Shown one piece after another: positions 62,757 to 64,000 of a stretch of 64,000 nucleotides of DNA. The number at the start of each line of letters is the position of its first letter. The stretch's first letter is position 1. Below the pieces are notes generated by a model that was given only the letters and a program-made list of their open reading frames with translations, made no database searches and had not been told where the DNA came from. This DNA is from Dudresnaya verticillata. Lineage: Eukaryota. The position numbers and the translations under genes were made by a program. Where the stretch lies: the NCBI GenBank assembly GCA_977862235.1, contig OZ374564.1, positions 558,001 through 622,000 of the forward strand, given 5' to 3'.

Positions 62757-64000
62757 GAAATGTGTGATTTATTTAGAGACGCCTCAGTGTCCTAAGTTGT
62801 AGCTACGCTACACTATGTGGCAAGGGAGTACGTCTTCAACCTTCATGCAAACTCTAAAACATATTCGGTACTACATGCTTCCAATGCGATGATTTGCTAA
62901 CTTGGTTTGCGCTTCTTGGTCGTTCTGTGCACGGGACTCAAATCCTCGCGTTTGCGCTTCTGACCAACACAGTTTTGGTCATCTAAGACATCCAGAAATG
63001 CCTTCAGACTATCTAGGAGTCGGGCTTGCACGCCCGCATTCCAACGCTTCACACTCAATCCAGACTCAATTCGGGCTTTGTGCAACCTGTAGACCTCGGG
63101 ACCAAGTCGAGTCTTGAGGACATCCGGTTTTCCGGGAAATGACCCACAATACCATCGAATCCCGGCATCTCGCAGCTTACGATCCCTAATGTGTAGAATC
63201 GGAACGAATCCAGAGTCGGGAACTGGAATGCGCCGCCGACGTTGGCGACACAGGCCCTCCCACGAATCACGGAGATCCTGGTTCCTCATGTCCAGAGGAC
63301 TCTTATTCTGCGCCCGGAAACTTCGGAATTCTAACATATCTGTCATGGCGAGCACGTCGCCACGGTTGCGGTGAGCTCGTTTTGTGAGGCGTTTACCAAG
63401 ACTGCGAAGGCGCAGACGGATACGCTGCAACCAGTCCGGCAGCTTGGCCATCTTCAAATGACGTGGTAGGCGCCCGCGGATGCGGCCACTGCGAGGCCAC
63501 ATAGGCTCTTTGGCAATGCACCCAAGTGCAAATTCTGCCACTTTGTAGTCCAGCAACTCGAGTTGATGACTCAAATCGCACTTGCCGGCCGTGTCGATCG
63601 GCATCAAATGGGTGCTAAAGTCCGCAACTGGGTAGATATACGTGCGGCAGATGTCCACAAGTCGTGCGCTAGGCACATATTTGCGGTGTACGCCGACCGC
63701 CTTGAGTAAGTTTAGGCGTTGATGAGCCGCCTTAACTCGTTCCAAATTCTTGTCAGGTGCCAGTTTGGTACCTTTCAGAGTCACTCCCAGGTACTTTGCA
63801 GTGTCTACCACGTCAATTTTCTGACCATTCAGGTAGTACATTGCTCGTTTGGTGCAGTTTTCGGGCTCCAAAACATGGCATTTTGAAGTTCCCCACTGCA
63901 TACCTTCAAGATCAGCCCATTTCGTGGACGCATCTAAGGCCGTTTGGAGGCCGGTACTAGTCTTGGATCGGAGCTTGACGTCGTCAGCAAAGATCGTAAT
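62757..64000 (-). mobile_element. 3' end of a non-LTR retrotransposon (LINE)
   Basis: RT ORF followed by a 140-nt 3' UTR ending AAATAAATCACACATTTC. Confidence 0.88.
62897..64000 (-). CDS. LINE reverse transcriptase, C-terminal part; open to the window edge
   Basis: In-frame ITIFADDVKL upstream of the called ATG, followed by KYLGV. Confidence 0.9.
   Translation of the reverse strand: MTIFADDVKLRSKTSTGLQTALDASTKWADLEGMQWGTSKCHVLEPENCTKRAMYYLNGQKIDVVDTAKYLGVTLKGTKLAPDKNLERVKAAHQRLNLLKAVGVHRKYVPSARLVDICRTYIYPVADFSTHLMPIDTAGKCDLSHQLELLDYKVAEFALGCIAKEPMWPRSGRIRGRLPRHLKMAKLPDWLQRIRLRLRSLGKRLTKRAHRNRGDVLAMTDMLEFRSFRAQNKSPLDMRNQDLRDSWEGLCRQRRRRIPVPDSGFVPILHIRDRKLRDAGIRWYCGSFPGKPDVLKTRLGPEVYRLHKARIESGLSVKRWNAGVQARLLDSLKAFLDVLDDQNCVGQKRKREDLSPVHRTTKKRKPS

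Overview
Eukaryotic, gene-free window made almost entirely of nested retrotransposons. A red-algal host is my guess from the protein style and is not demonstrated. Seven Ty3/Gypsy copies or fragments are resolved (labelled A, B, C, D, F, G, H); the five whose integrase end is visible carry a chromodomain. LTRs, primer-binding sites (PBS), polypurine tracts (PPT) and target-site duplications (TSD) give the nesting. C (+, 6504-42818) carries A in its 5' LTR and B (-, 7742-30992, TSD TGGCA) in gag. D (-, 8337-20008, TSD AGTTG) sits in B's 3' LTR. F (-) and G (+) are D-like copies fused in opposite orientation, and H follows G. There are also three LTRs of one Copia-type family with a half-tRNAiMet PBS, and the 3' part of a LINE plus a 55-bp truncated copy of it. 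All coding regions are disrupted. The two most unusual signals are (1) a conserved, unrecognised large antisense gene between pol and the 3' LTR in several distinct Gypsy families, and (2) a palindromic 9-mer, CCGTWACGG, dispersed about 21 times through the F/G copies, including inside gag-pol in all three reading frames. Together they could be a transposon-encoded sequence-specific system such as anti-silencing; this link is inference. All counts and alignments were done by eye.
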